Source: a virus
Reading direction: 5' to 3' (one strand)
IMG/VR virus record: IMGVR_UViG_3300042535_000023
Span: 1 to 64,000 of that record
DNA length: 64,000 nucleotides
Part shown: one piece after another, positions 47,149-57,597 of the stretch
Numbering within the stretch: the first letter of the stretch is position 1
Layout: each line of letters begins with the position of its first letter
The notes under the pieces: model-generated
What the model was told of the DNA's origin: nothing
The model's database searches: none
Seen by the model: the letters and a program-made list of their open reading frames with translations, nothing else
Translations under genes and position numbers: made by a program

Positions 47149-48759
47149 AATTTTCTCCTAAATTTAATACCAACTGGTGCTGGTATTTATAAAAACCTGC
47201 GCGTTCATTAAAGGAATAACACTCATAACAGTTCCTGACATAGTAACATCCCCATCAACTGTAAATGTATCCATATTTGTATAAGGCTGTCTATGCAATG
47301 GCTCATAAAGTCCTGGCATATCTCCCATATAAGCACCATTGGCCACTAATCTTACTTTATCCATTAATAATTCACCAGTGGCTGGGTTTGGAAAAGTTAT
47401 TGCATTATAATAACCAAGGTTAGTTTTACCAAAATTAAAATAAGCTATGGCTCTATTACCATTACCCTTTAGATAGTCCCAATAACGCCAACAACGTTTT
47501 CCATTAGTATCATAATTAATAGAATTTATATTATAGCCAGCTGAAGCCCTACTAGCATCACCTGTAATACCGTGAGTAAGCATAGTATTATATGGAAACT
47601 CTGTGTCTCTACATTTATAGTCCCCGAAAAAATTTAAAACTCTACTTGTGTAAGAAGCATTACTACACATAACAATATAAAAACTTCTATCTGAAGCATA
47701 AACCTCCCATCTTGCGGTTACACCAGAAACAGTAGAGTCAACCTTCCACCAAACTCTACTTGTGTCATTCCAATCGCTGAAGGGCTCCTCACCTGTGTTT
47801 ATATCAGACATTGTAGCGTAGGCCTGAACTTGAGCAAACCTGTAATCGCCGGCCGAAATCGGAGCATTATCATCAATATATAAATAACAGCCCCTAGAAC
47901 CAGAGAGAGTTGACCTAAATACGGCTTTGCCGGAGCCTACATCCTCATAAGGACATTGCCAGCCAGCACCTGAAATGGTAACTCCAGAAGAAGTGGTCCA
48001 TCCATCCACTAAACACTTTTTTAACACAGTATTTAAAGACCCTTTAGTGTAGTCCAATAAAGGGGCGCCTTGATCCAAATATGTATATTTATGAATTAAA
48101 CTCATCTATGTCTCCTATGTCCAAGGGCCTGTAAGATCTATAACACACATACTATTATAGCAAGGTAAACAATATAAATTTCTTCCTGATAGACTACCTG
48201 AACCAGAAAAAGTTACTGGATATGAAACTGCTGATGATGGGCTATGTATGATGTCGTATAGTCCTGGCATTTTTCCAATTAAACTTGAATTCTGCACCAT
48301 ATTGACAGGCTCTATTACCATGTCCCCCAAAATAGGATCAGGAAAAACTGATAAAGCAGTATGTAGCCCAAGGTAACTAGAATTTCCAACCGTCAGGTAA
48401 GTAAATTGCTGACCTGTCTGTAAAATTTCATTCCAACCACGTCTACAGTATTTTCCAGAAGTATTTATAGTCTGAAGATCATAATTATATTCCATATTAT
48501 CTCTATAAGTGCCATTAACACCATGTATTAAAGCTGTATTATAAACAAAGGCAGTATTCCTAGCTACATAATCTCCAAAAAAGAATATAGCTTTATGTGC
48601 GACAACTGTAGCATGACTACCAACATAGTAAAAAGAAGTGTCTGATGCTATAACTTCCCAAGGATTTGCTGCATTGTCTTGACTTTGGCACCAATTAACT
48701 GCAGCAGAGTTTGTAAACGGCTCAGTTCCCGTATTTATATCAGACATTGTAGCGTAGGC
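46892..48759. repeat. Exact 26-bp direct repeat, 3 copies (46892-46917, 47798-47823, 48734-48759)
   Basis: TTTATATCAGACATTGTAGCGTAGGC, one copy in each tail paralog. Confidence 0.92.
47164..48105 (-). CDS. Tail/tail-fibre protein, paralog 2
   Basis: Same architecture: VLKKCLVDGW, YLYIDD, AYATMSDINTG, FFGDY, MPGLY. Confidence 0.75.
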   Translation of the reverse strand: MSLIHKYTYLDQGAPLLDYTKGSLNTVLKKCLVDGWTTSSGVTISGAGWQCPYEDVGSGKAVFRSTLSGSRGCYLYIDDNAPISAGDYRFAQVQAYATMSDINTGEEPFSDWNDTSRVWWKVDSTVSGVTARWEVYASDRSFYIVMCSNASYTSRVLNFFGDYKCRDTEFPYNTMLTHGITGDASRASAGYNINSINYDTNGKRCWRYWDYLKGNGNRAIAYFNFGKTNLGYYNAITFPNPATGELLMDKVRLVANGAYMGDMPGLYEPLHRQPYTNMDTFTVDGDVTMSGTVMSVIPLMNAQVFINTSTSWY

Positions 48760-48999
48760 CTGAACCACTGCATATCCAGATGCGTTAGAATTATCTACTC
48801 TTAAATAACATCTATTACCAGAAGGTGGGCGATAAACCCTTAGGTTAGCTCCTGTATATACTATAGACCAACCAGCGGAAGCCTTAGAACCATAGCCATT
48901 AACTAAGCATGCATCTAAAACACTAACTAACTGGCCAGCAGTAAAGTTTGTTATTTGTGGGGCACTTGCATCTGTTGAGCTATATTTTGTTATTGCCAT
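48115..48999 (-). CDS. Tail/tail-fibre protein, paralog 3
   Basis: Same architecture: VLDACLVNGYG, YLRVDN, AYATMSDINTG, FFGDY, MPGLY. Confidence 0.75.
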   Translation of the reverse strand: MAITKYSSTDASAPQITNFTAGQLVSVLDACLVNGYGSKASAGWSIVYTGANLRVYRPPSGNRCYLRVDNSNASGYAVVQAYATMSDINTGTEPFTNSAAVNWCQSQDNAANPWEVIASDTSFYYVGSHATVVAHKAIFFFGDYVARNTAFVYNTALIHGVNGTYRDNMEYNYDLQTINTSGKYCRRGWNEILQTGQQFTYLTVGNSSYLGLHTALSVFPDPILGDMVIEPVNMVQNSSLIGKMPGLYDIIHSPSSAVSYPVTFSGSGSLSGRNLYCLPCYNSMCVIDLTGPWT

Positions 49000-49007
49000 A
49001 AAATCTC

Positions 49008-49703
49008 CTATCTCATATGGTAAATACCTACTCTATTTGTTCCTTCATCAATAACAAAAGCCCCTGATGTGGTAGCTACAAATAGAACATTGTTTATTTT
49101 ATTAAGTGATGTTTTTTCAGTTACATAAATATCATTTATTTTTTCATTCTTTGGTAATTTTGAATCATCCGTTAAATATTTATAAGATGACTCTTCCCAA
49201 TTATTTAATTTATTTGTTTGAACATCTATTTCCCAACCAGCTACACCTGAAATAGTATAGTATAACTCACCATAACTTGTAATATGACACTTTTCGGCCC
49301 GGCCTCCGCCGGTTATAGTAGTAATACTTTTATAACCCTGTGGTATGGCCTCAATTAAAGAAACCCTTGTTCCTGAATTAGAGACTATACCTAAAAAATT
49401 ACCATTAGCATTAACATAATTAACATTATTACTTTCTATATAAGGGGAGGTTAAATAATCTTCTAAACAATTATATAAATTATAAGGAGTAATTACACTA
49501 CCACTAATACAAGTCTTGTTTACCCTTTTTAGCCCGCTGTAAGTAGTTCCAATATAAACATAATCTTTGGCCCCAGTTATTGATACGGTATCCTCTAATG
49601 GTATATAAGCACACAAATCATTAGTATCTACTGTGTATATACTTAACTGACTTGCTGCAGCTGCGTAAATATAATTACTATCTGTATATATTTGTTTTAT
49701 CAT
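49008..49703 (-). CDS. Virion-associated beta-propeller-like protein
   Basis: 231 aa, beta-rich: YIYAA, YVYIGT, LFVATTSGAFVI. Confidence 0.65.
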   Translation of the reverse strand: MIKQIYTDSNYIYAAAASQLSIYTVDTNDLCAYIPLEDTVSITGAKDYVYIGTTYSGLKRVNKTCISGSVITPYNLYNCLEDYLTSPYIESNNVNYVNANGNFLGIVSNSGTRVSLIEAIPQGYKSITTITGGGRAEKCHITSYGELYYTISGVAGWEIDVQTNKLNNWEESSYKYLTDDSKLPKNEKINDIYVTEKTSLNKINNVLFVATTSGAFVIDEGTNRVGIYHMR

Positions 49704-52700
49704 TAAGGTATAATCCTATCAAAAATCATAGCATTAAATGTATCTCTTGGTGGTAAAGCTACTACATAATGAGGTTCCCCAGCATAAGGAGAAGATACCA
49801 TGAAAGTCCCACTCTCGGTAGCAGTATTTGTGTAATCTACAACTTCCCCTGTGCTACTTCTATGTAAATAAATAGGCACTCCAGAGGACCTGGTCCCTAA
49901 ATCGGAAGCCCAACCATTAAATGTAAACCTATTATAAAAATTAAAAACTTCGCTTGTATTTGTTACTCCAGTTGTTGTGGTTTCAATATACCACTTATAT
50001 TCAATACCACTTGGAGTATCAAAATCTACATAAACAGTATCGCCACTATGAACACCTGAAACTGTGCTACCTATATGGGCATTATAAATATCATAAAAAT
50101 CAACTGAAAAACTACTATCAGGAAGACCTGACATAGTTACTATTGCAGACAATTGTTTGGTTTGGCCATATACTGTGCTTCCATTTTCTGGTATAATATT
50201 AGAAAAAGCAAAAAACTCAGAAATAGATTGAAGTAGCCCATCATTTAAACTATAATATGTAGCCTTTCTCCAAGCATCTGATCTAGCTATACTCGATATT
50301 CTAACCTCATCTATATGGCCTTTAAATGACTGACTATAACCAACCGAACCGCCTATAGCGTTTGATGTATTAGCTCCTATACTCACCCCACTAACTGATG
50401 TGCTACTATCTTTTTGAACCAAATCCATGTAAGCTATAAGATTTGACCCAGATCTTACTAAATTATAATATTGCCAAGTTCCAGTTACAGTAGCTATATT
50501 ATCTACATAAACTGACCCATTAACAAAAGTTACACCATAAGCAAGCCCAGAATCAACATATAAGGCATGAAACTTATTAGCAGAGGAACTATTACTAAAT
50601 ATGGTATTCGGCCCTACTATATAAATACCGCCTTCTATAGTAAAATCACCTGTTCCAAAGTTAAAATTAGAACTATCCTTCAAAGCTATTAGGTCGTTGG
50701 AACCGTCAAAATCTAAGGCTCGTCCTACTTGTCCATTTACTATAGAATCTGCTTCTATCATTGACCCTTGTGGGGTGCCATGTAATTGATATTTAGTTGA
50801 ATCTTTTATACTATCTGTTCCATATACTGGGTTTTGATTTAAATGATATACAGCACTGTAATTATTAGACCACACTTTTTGCGCGGAAAAATCTCCAACA
50901 TCGCCAATATATTGGGAGGCTGGTTTATTTTTATCATAATAAAGTTTAAGTTGTGTGTAGGAGATGCTATCAACAGTAGGAACTTTTGTCCAAAGTGATG
51001 CCTTATTGACATACTCATATAAACATATTTTACGAATTAAAATATTGGTTCCGCCTCCAGAAATATTATCAGCGACCCTAAAAATATAATATCTAAATGA
51101 CTGATTATTATCTAAATAGAAAAATTGTTTATCTATACGATCTATAGCAACATGGTCTCTGGCTGTAAAGGTGCCCAACAAAGTTAAATCATCTATATTA
51201 GAATAAGTTGTATTAGAAAAAGCAGCACTACTATTAGAACCATAAATAGAAAAGTTCTTTGCACCCATATTAGTAACACCGCCAGAAGAATGTCCATTTT
51301 CTATATAAAATCTTTTTATTATCTTACTTTCACCTAAATCAATATTAAATTTTTGATTGGTTATTTGCCCATTCCCTGATGCCCAGGTGGCGTTTGCATG
51401 ATTACCTAAAACGGTTATGGTTGGATCAACAGCAAACCAAGGTAAATAATTTGAATCATGATAACTTGTGGCTATTACTGTAGTTGTGTTAATTATTTTA
51501 GGATAAACAGAAACATATCTATTTTCCCAATCACTAATTTCTGTATAAAGTTCTGTCTCTATTCCACTCACAGTGGTAGTTACAGCCATACTTTTTCTGT
51601 TATGCCAAGATTTACCATACTCATCTTTGGGGTAATCAAAGCCTATTTTATAGTAATTGGGTATACCTTTAGTTATTCTTGGATAAGCTATGTAGCCGGC
51701 AGTAAATTGAATTATATTATTTTCAGAACTGTTCATTCTTCCACCAACACGTATTGCTTTATTTGTACATCCTAAAGAGGCAGAATGTGTGGTCTTGCTA
51801 AGGAAAAACCCATTTAAATAAAAATACAAATAACCATCCATCCTGACCAAGGCTACATGATGCCATTGGTTAGTAGTAAGTCCTGGGGCCGATACAGCTA
51901 TAAAAGAAGATGCCCCCGAAGCTCTTGTAGCAAAAACTATCTTTACTCCAGAACCCCAAGCGCCGTCTGTACCATATTGAAGTGCCCAGGTTCCGTCTCC
52001 GGCTGCATCCATCGCCCCTTGTGAAAATAAACATTTGGCAACCGATACATCTGTAGGATATACCCAAGCCTCCATAGTAAAGTCGCCGATGCCCAGATTT
52101 ATAGAGGGATCGTATGGAGTGTATAAGTAAGAAGTCGATCCATTAAAATATAAACTCTGCTTAAAAGATAACAATGTACCTATAGGGACAAAATTAGAGG
52201 GTGGAGAATAAGAAAACTCATTAGAATTAAATCTAAAAGTAGCAGTAGAGGTAGTATATAAACCTACTATTGGTTTTACTGGCACCGCTCTATTTTTTAA
52301 AAAAGAGGAGCCCGTAAAAGCTGGATTCTCGCCAGTAGTTGGATTTCCTGATGCTTGCCAAACACCATTTTTAGAAAACCAAACAGAGCCCGTGTAATGA
52401 TCGACAGCAACACCAACCACATCCCCAACAGCAAAAGTATTACCATAAGCTGTTGGTAAGGCATTATAATATGTATTTCCACTATTTCCATAATAACCAT
52501 AACTTGTGGTGTTGTCTCCAGGGTAAAAACCCGTAGGATTGCCTATACCTACCATATGATGGGTACTCGAACCCTGGTCCACTATAACTTCAAAATAGTA
52601 TCTACCAAAATCTGCATGGGCATTTGTAGTAATACTTGCCCAACTATTATAAGCGGCGTAAGATACTGATTTTTTTTCAGTTGTAATAGTGGCATGGTAA

Positions 52701-54856
52701 TTAAAATAATACTTTTTTATTAGATTACCAACAAAAGATACTGGATTTTTATAATTGGAGATGTCACCATCAAAAGATAAAAGTAATTTAGTCCCGCTTG
52801 TTGTTGTATAAGGATAAGTTGGAGGAGTAAAATTAGATGTCCATAAAGCCTCCCCTTTGGTTATTCTTACGCCATACATACTACCAACAAACGGTATTAC
52901 TGTTCCTCCGTCAAGTAAATCTTTTCCTATATTTAAAGGACGAGTTGTAGCGAAATTATTAGAAACGGTCCCAGATGCTGTAGCTATACCATCCTTATAT
53001 ATCTTTGTCTGATTGGTCCCTTCCCTGACAACCGCTATGTGGGTAAAGGTATTACTAGTAGGTGTTCCCCCATTATTTATCATCTCTACTAAACCACTGT
53101 GAAACTCTAACTGGCCGCCAAAAATTTCAAAAGACCACATATCAGCACTAGCACCGGAGCTTGGCCTATTACTAATTAAAGCTCGTCCTGTTCCAATGGC
53201 TGACATATTAACATACATATCTATAGTAAAAGGGCCTGTTCCAAAAGTCCAATCATCGGAACTTGGTAACTGTAAGTAAGAAGTTCCATCAAAATTACAA
53301 CAATAGTTAAAACCACTAACTGTTGTCCCACTTATTGTAGCATTATTATAAAAATTAATTTGTCTTGATGAATCAACATCATCCATGGTAGAATGTATAT
53401 ATAAAATATCCTCTGCTTCCGCTGGAATTTCTTTTTCATTGGTTGGAATAAAAGTATTATCAAACAAACAATTGCCGTTATTGATTCTTAATTCAGATAT
53501 ATATCCGTTTAAGTAATGATCAGAAAAAGTATTACCATTTATGCCTATAATTAGGGGCTGAGTAGAAATACCCAAAATAGGTCCAGCGTAATAAGAATCT
53601 TGTTCACCATTTATATAACAGGACGTTATTTTACCATTATAACATAAACTAATATGATACCATATATTAGCGCTAATGGTTTTTGCCCCTGTTATCAACG
53701 TTCCTGCGCCAGCAAAATATCCTTGTGGATACCAACATATTTTATTTCCTGAGCTAAGATACAAATACCAAGAACCATTAACAGAAGTATTCTGCCAAAC
53801 ATTTAAAAGTGTTTGTTGCGTAGAAACTACGCTAAAATTAACCCAAAAGTCTATAGTAAAATCTTGATTATTAAAATAAAAATCCGATGATGCTGGGATA
53901 GAAATATAAGAACTTAATCCATTAAAATAATAACTTTTTTCAAATATCCCGTACCCTGAGTAAGATTGCACATTAGTAAAAGACATATATTTTACGGGAG
54001 TTGATAAATCCCCCTCTGGTAACAACAATAATCTAGTATCTTTATCAGGAATATATGATCCTATAACCGAATCCAATTGAAAATCCGAGGTCCATTTAGC
54101 CACACCTTTAGTAACCCTAATCAATGCTAAATTACCTTTAAATCTTCTATCTGAGGGATTAGACCCTATGTAAAGATCGGCCGCAACAATAGATGTGGAA
54201 TTATTTGATGACCCAGAAGCTACTCCGTTAATATAAATACTTATTGCCCCACTATTTTTTACCACTGCGACGTGTGACCACTGTCCTGAAGTTAAAGCGG
54301 AAGTAGAGGCCAGCTGAAATGCCCACACAGAACCATTATAATAAATATGAACTCCTATGTAAAGACCGCCTGTAGACCAATCAGAGGCTGTAGAATACCC
54401 CAAAGTTATTTCCAAATAAGCGGCAATTCTAAAAACTATATCACGCTCGTTTGTAGATCCGTATGGCTCTATCCAAAAATCTACTGTAAAATCTTCTGTA
54501 CCAAAAGCCCAATCTGAACTGGAAGGTATAAGCAAATAATCATCTAAACCATCAAAATAATAACAATAATCCGTGTCATTTAAACTAGATGTACCACTTA
54601 TAATCGCCCCACCATAATAAGTAATATTATGCCTAGACCATGAAGAGTCTCCAACACAGTGATTTAATAAGCTTGTACCACTGACATTAGGATCATAATC
54701 TAATTTTGTAAATACGTTAGAAAGGTCATAATTATTTATACCCGTTCCAGATGCTATAGACATTAAGGCAGGAAAATCTACAAGATCTTCATCTATTTTA
54801 CTACTATCAATTACTAAAGTAGTGCTATAATCCCAACCTGTTGGATCAAAGGTCAT
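49703..54856 (-). CDS. 1717-aa multi-lectin virion protein (split DUF2341, several LamG, SPRY, discoidin)
   Basis: Repeated DFTxDFW...WxHxAxV...YING...GxIxExRI units; YYFEV...VGVAVD...WFSKNG (SPRY); NIDLG..KIIKRF (F5/8C). Confidence 0.85.
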   Translation of the reverse strand: MTFDPTGWDYSTTLVIDSSKIDEDLVDFPALMSIASGTGINNYDLSNVFTKLDYDPNVSGTSLLNHCVGDSSWSRHNITYYGGAIISGTSSLNDTDYCYYFDGLDDYLLIPSSSDWAFGTEDFTVDFWIEPYGSTNERDIVFRIAAYLEITLGYSTASDWSTGGLYIGVHIYYNGSVWAFQLASTSALTSGQWSHVAVVKNSGAISIYINGVASGSSNNSTSIVAADLYIGSNPSDRRFKGNLALIRVTKGVAKWTSDFQLDSVIGSYIPDKDTRLLLLPEGDLSTPVKYMSFTNVQSYSGYGIFEKSYYFNGLSSYISIPASSDFYFNNQDFTIDFWVNFSVVSTQQTLLNVWQNTSVNGSWYLYLSSGNKICWYPQGYFAGAGTLITGAKTISANIWYHISLCYNGKITSCYINGEQDSYYAGPILGISTQPLIIGINGNTFSDHYLNGYISELRINNGNCLFDNTFIPTNEKEIPAEAEDILYIHSTMDDVDSSRQINFYNNATISGTTVSGFNYCCNFDGTSYLQLPSSDDWTFGTGPFTIDMYVNMSAIGTGRALISNRPSSGASADMWSFEIFGGQLEFHSGLVEMINNGGTPTSNTFTHIAVVREGTNQTKIYKDGIATASGTVSNNFATTRPLNIGKDLLDGGTVIPFVGSMYGVRITKGEALWTSNFTPPTYPYTTTSGTKLLLSFDGDISNYKNPVSFVGNLIKKYYFNYHATITTEKKSVSYAAYNSWASITTNAHADFGRYYFEVIVDQGSSTHHMVGIGNPTGFYPGDNTTSYGYYGNSGNTYYNALPTAYGNTFAVGDVVGVAVDHYTGSVWFSKNGVWQASGNPTTGENPAFTGSSFLKNRAVPVKPIVGLYTTSTATFRFNSNEFSYSPPSNFVPIGTLLSFKQSLYFNGSTSYLYTPYDPSINLGIGDFTMEAWVYPTDVSVAKCLFSQGAMDAAGDGTWALQYGTDGAWGSGVKIVFATRASGASSFIAVSAPGLTTNQWHHVALVRMDGYLYFYLNGFFLSKTTHSASLGCTNKAIRVGGRMNSSENNIIQFTAGYIAYPRITKGIPNYYKIGFDYPKDEYGKSWHNRKSMAVTTTVSGIETELYTEISDWENRYVSVYPKIINTTTVIATSYHDSNYLPWFAVDPTITVLGNHANATWASGNGQITNQKFNIDLGESKIIKRFYIENGHSSGGVTNMGAKNFSIYGSNSSAAFSNTTYSNIDDLTLLGTFTARDHVAIDRIDKQFFYLDNNQSFRYYIFRVADNISGGGTNILIRKICLYEYVNKASLWTKVPTVDSISYTQLKLYYDKNKPASQYIGDVGDFSAQKVWSNNYSAVYHLNQNPVYGTDSIKDSTKYQLHGTPQGSMIEADSIVNGQVGRALDFDGSNDLIALKDSSNFNFGTGDFTIEGGIYIVGPNTIFSNSSSANKFHALYVDSGLAYGVTFVNGSVYVDNIATVTGTWQYYNLVRSGSNLIAYMDLVQKDSSTSVSGVSIGANTSNAIGGSVGYSQSFKGHIDEVRISSIARSDAWRKATYYSLNDGLLQSISEFFAFSNIIPENGSTVYGQTKQLSAIVTMSGLPDSSFSVDFYDIYNAHIGSTVSGVHSGDTVYVDFDTPSGIEYKWYIETTTTGVTNTSEVFNFYNRFTFNGWASDLGTRSSGVPIYLHRSSTGEVVDYTNTATESGTFMVSSPYAGEPHYVVALPPRDTFNAMIFDRIIP

Positions 54857-54867
54857 ATATTACCTCG

Positions 54868-57597
54868 TTATATTCCCCACCAAACTTTTAATCTAGTGGT
54901 TTCATTTGTGTCGAAAGATTCATTAGGAAAATTAGTCTGAATATATAAAGGCTGGCTTGAATTTGGCTGTATATCTTCCACTTTTACCGCCGGCGGAGAA
55001 AGTATCTCATGAATTATAGGTGTCACAGAAGGATTATTAGTCATCAAATCAAACTTAACTTGGTGATATTTAGTTTTAGGTAAAAAATAACCACTAGCTT
55101 TTACTTTTTGCCAAGCCAAAGTCCCACTAACTCCCCAAACTGGATCATAGGTTGCTGGTAAGACTTGTATATCACTTTTACAATGTGTATCATGTTCTAC
55201 ATGATAAATATCAAAAAATCCTGTAGTAGTATAACCGGTTGTCATAGTTTTAAGTATATTCCCATTATTATTATAAATAATTATGCTATCATTAGAAGCG
55301 CTATAAACTGCTACATACCCTTTTTCTGCGCGAATTTGTGTAGGAGCTGACACAGCAAAAGTAATTCTTCTAACCCCAGAACTATCATGATGGCTAATTT
55401 GATTATTATTAGCCCCCCAAAATCCATCAGAACCATCATTACAAATATAATACATAGAGTGGGTGGCTTGTATGATTCCTAAAGAACTACCATCATCAAT
55501 AAATCGTTTAACAGTATAACCAACAATGTCTGAAACCCAACACCCCCCATCCCCTGTAGAACAAACTGCTCCTGGATCTGTCATAGATGTATCACTAAAC
55601 AAAGAGTTACCTGAACTATCTAAATGAACCAAACTTTTGTTAGATTTGTCTATATACCAAACACCACCTCCATTTATTTCTGGAGAAAAGTTTTTAATAT
55701 AATCAAAAGTCGATTGATAAGACCAAACAACAACAAGACTACCACTACTATAATCTATTAAAACAAATTTTGTGTGACTTTTACAATACGCCCATAAACG
55801 ACCATTCCCATCATAAGATAGTCCCCCATCAAATGCATAATCGTTACCTAAACTAGAAACATTATTTATTAACAATTTACCAGTGTTAATTACCTTTACT
55901 GTCTGCAGTACATAATCCCATGGGGCGGAAATGGAAGTATTAACAAAAACATGTCCTTGTTTTCTACATACAGCTGTTCCTATAGTAGTATAATAATTAT
56001 TATATCCAGGATTTGACCAATTATACCAAATGGCATTTTCTATATTTGTATATAAGTTATATGTATATATAACTGTAGCATATATGGTGCTTGCTTTATA
56101 TCCCCAATAAATTTCATCCACCGCTACAGGCTCTATATTACTACTTCTTACATTTATTGTTCCACCATACACATTTAAATCGTCGCCTATAGTAGTCCCA
56201 CTAACTACTGTGGTGGTAGTTAATAAATAACTTGAAGAATATTGATCTGGAAAATTAAATATTGGTGTAAGATAAGAACCTGAGGCAGTAACTAAACTAC
56301 CAATCGAAACAAATCCTGTAGGAATAGGGTAAGAAAAAAAGGCACTATCAAATCTAAAAGTTACTTTATCATTCTGATGATATAGTGCAGCTGCTGGCCT
56401 AATTGGGGTAGTTTTACTTTTTATGAAAGCCAGATTAGTATAATTAGGAGAAGTATCAGTGGATGGATTACCACTATTTTGCCAAACTCCATTTTTTGAA
56501 AACCAAATAGAACCATAAGTATGATCAACTGCTATACCTATTACATCATTTGTTGTGTATGCTGAACCCATACCAAAAGCACCGTTATTATAATAACCAT
56601 TCCCATCATAACCATAATAAGCTATACTAGTAGAATTGTTTCCTGGGTAAGTATCTATATTATAAGTTATGTTACCTATACCTATCATCATGTGTGTAGG
56701 AGAGGTTAATTGATCCACTTTTACTTCAAAATAATATTTACCATGCATTATAGCGCCGGCCGTTTGGCCGGCTTTCCAAGAATCAGTAACAGTTTTAGTT
56801 AAAGAAAACCCACTTATAGTTATAGCTGAATTAACATTATTACTATCAAAAACAAAAGGCTCTGTTTTATATAATTTAATAGTATTACCTGATACACAAG
56901 TAAAATCTCCAGGAAAAGTTCCTAAATCCCATCTGTAGTCAGTATTTATATTATCACTACCTATAGCAAAACCATCTTCTAAGCCATAAAACTTATTCTG
57001 CTCTCCGTTATAAAGTTTAATATATTTATCAGACTCTTCTCCTGTATAATCAATAGTAATATAAGCATTGGCTACAGTATCACCGCTATTGTATAAATCT
57101 ATATGAGATACATCTCCGGATAACATATTATTAAGAGTTATGTCTGATTCATTTCCTTCCACGCCAAAACTTACTATCTCATCGTTATTTAATGCTTTTA
57201 TTTCCAATAACTCACAAGTAGTATTAGTAATATAAAATCTAATATATCTTGGAGAAAAAGAGTCTGGAAGATTTTCAACATAAAAATATTCGGAATTAAA
57301 ATTTCTTGTAAGATTGGTATAAGAATCAACCTCATAATTTTTATAAGATAGGTTCATATTACCTAAAATGGTTCCAGATGCTGTAGAGCTACTTAAATAT
57401 ATCCTTATATCACTAATATTTATTCTATTAGATAGATCTATATCTAAATATAAAGTCTGGCCTGTTAAGGATGCGCCTGAAGAAGTAGTGTTATTATTTA
57501 CAAGTTTAGCTAATTGATCGTAGGATAAACTAATGCCGACCCCAGAAACTGTGGTTGATTTTATTATCCCATCAAGTATTATATTATCCTTGGGCAT
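54868..57597 (-). CDS. Virion protein with SPRY domain and C-terminal beta-propeller
   Basis: GKYYFEV...DVIGIAVD...WFSKNG; GGVWY/GGCWV/DGFWG blades. Confidence 0.8.
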   Translation of the reverse strand: MPKDNIILDGIIKSTTVSGVGISLSYDQLAKLVNNNTTSSGASLTGQTLYLDIDLSNRINISDIRIYLSSSTASGTILGNMNLSYKNYEVDSYTNLTRNFNSEYFYVENLPDSFSPRYIRFYITNTTCELLEIKALNNDEIVSFGVEGNESDITLNNMLSGDVSHIDLYNSGDTVANAYITIDYTGEESDKYIKLYNGEQNKFYGLEDGFAIGSDNINTDYRWDLGTFPGDFTCVSGNTIKLYKTEPFVFDSNNVNSAITISGFSLTKTVTDSWKAGQTAGAIMHGKYYFEVKVDQLTSPTHMMIGIGNITYNIDTYPGNNSTSIAYYGYDGNGYYNNGAFGMGSAYTTNDVIGIAVDHTYGSIWFSKNGVWQNSGNPSTDTSPNYTNLAFIKSKTTPIRPAAALYHQNDKVTFRFDSAFFSYPIPTGFVSIGSLVTASGSYLTPIFNFPDQYSSSYLLTTTTVVSGTTIGDDLNVYGGTINVRSSNIEPVAVDEIYWGYKASTIYATVIYTYNLYTNIENAIWYNWSNPGYNNYYTTIGTAVCRKQGHVFVNTSISAPWDYVLQTVKVINTGKLLINNVSSLGNDYAFDGGLSYDGNGRLWAYCKSHTKFVLIDYSSGSLVVVWSYQSTFDYIKNFSPEINGGGVWYIDKSNKSLVHLDSSGNSLFSDTSMTDPGAVCSTGDGGCWVSDIVGYTVKRFIDDGSSLGIIQATHSMYYICNDGSDGFWGANNNQISHHDSSGVRRITFAVSAPTQIRAEKGYVAVYSASNDSIIIYNNNGNILKTMTTGYTTTGFFDIYHVEHDTHCKSDIQVLPATYDPVWGVSGTLAWQKVKASGYFLPKTKYHQVKFDLMTNNPSVTPIIHEILSPPAVKVEDIQPNSSQPLYIQTNFPNESFDTNETTRLKVWWGI

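Noticed and set aside
46243-48999. Diversity-generating retroelement
   Set aside because: No reverse transcriptase and no TR/VR pair differing at adenines; the shared repeat is short, exact and mid-gene
19-55350. Plus-strand ORFs and short nested minus-strand ORFs in the track
   Set aside because: They overlap well-supported minus-strand genes and show no recognisable motifs; treated as shadow ORFs
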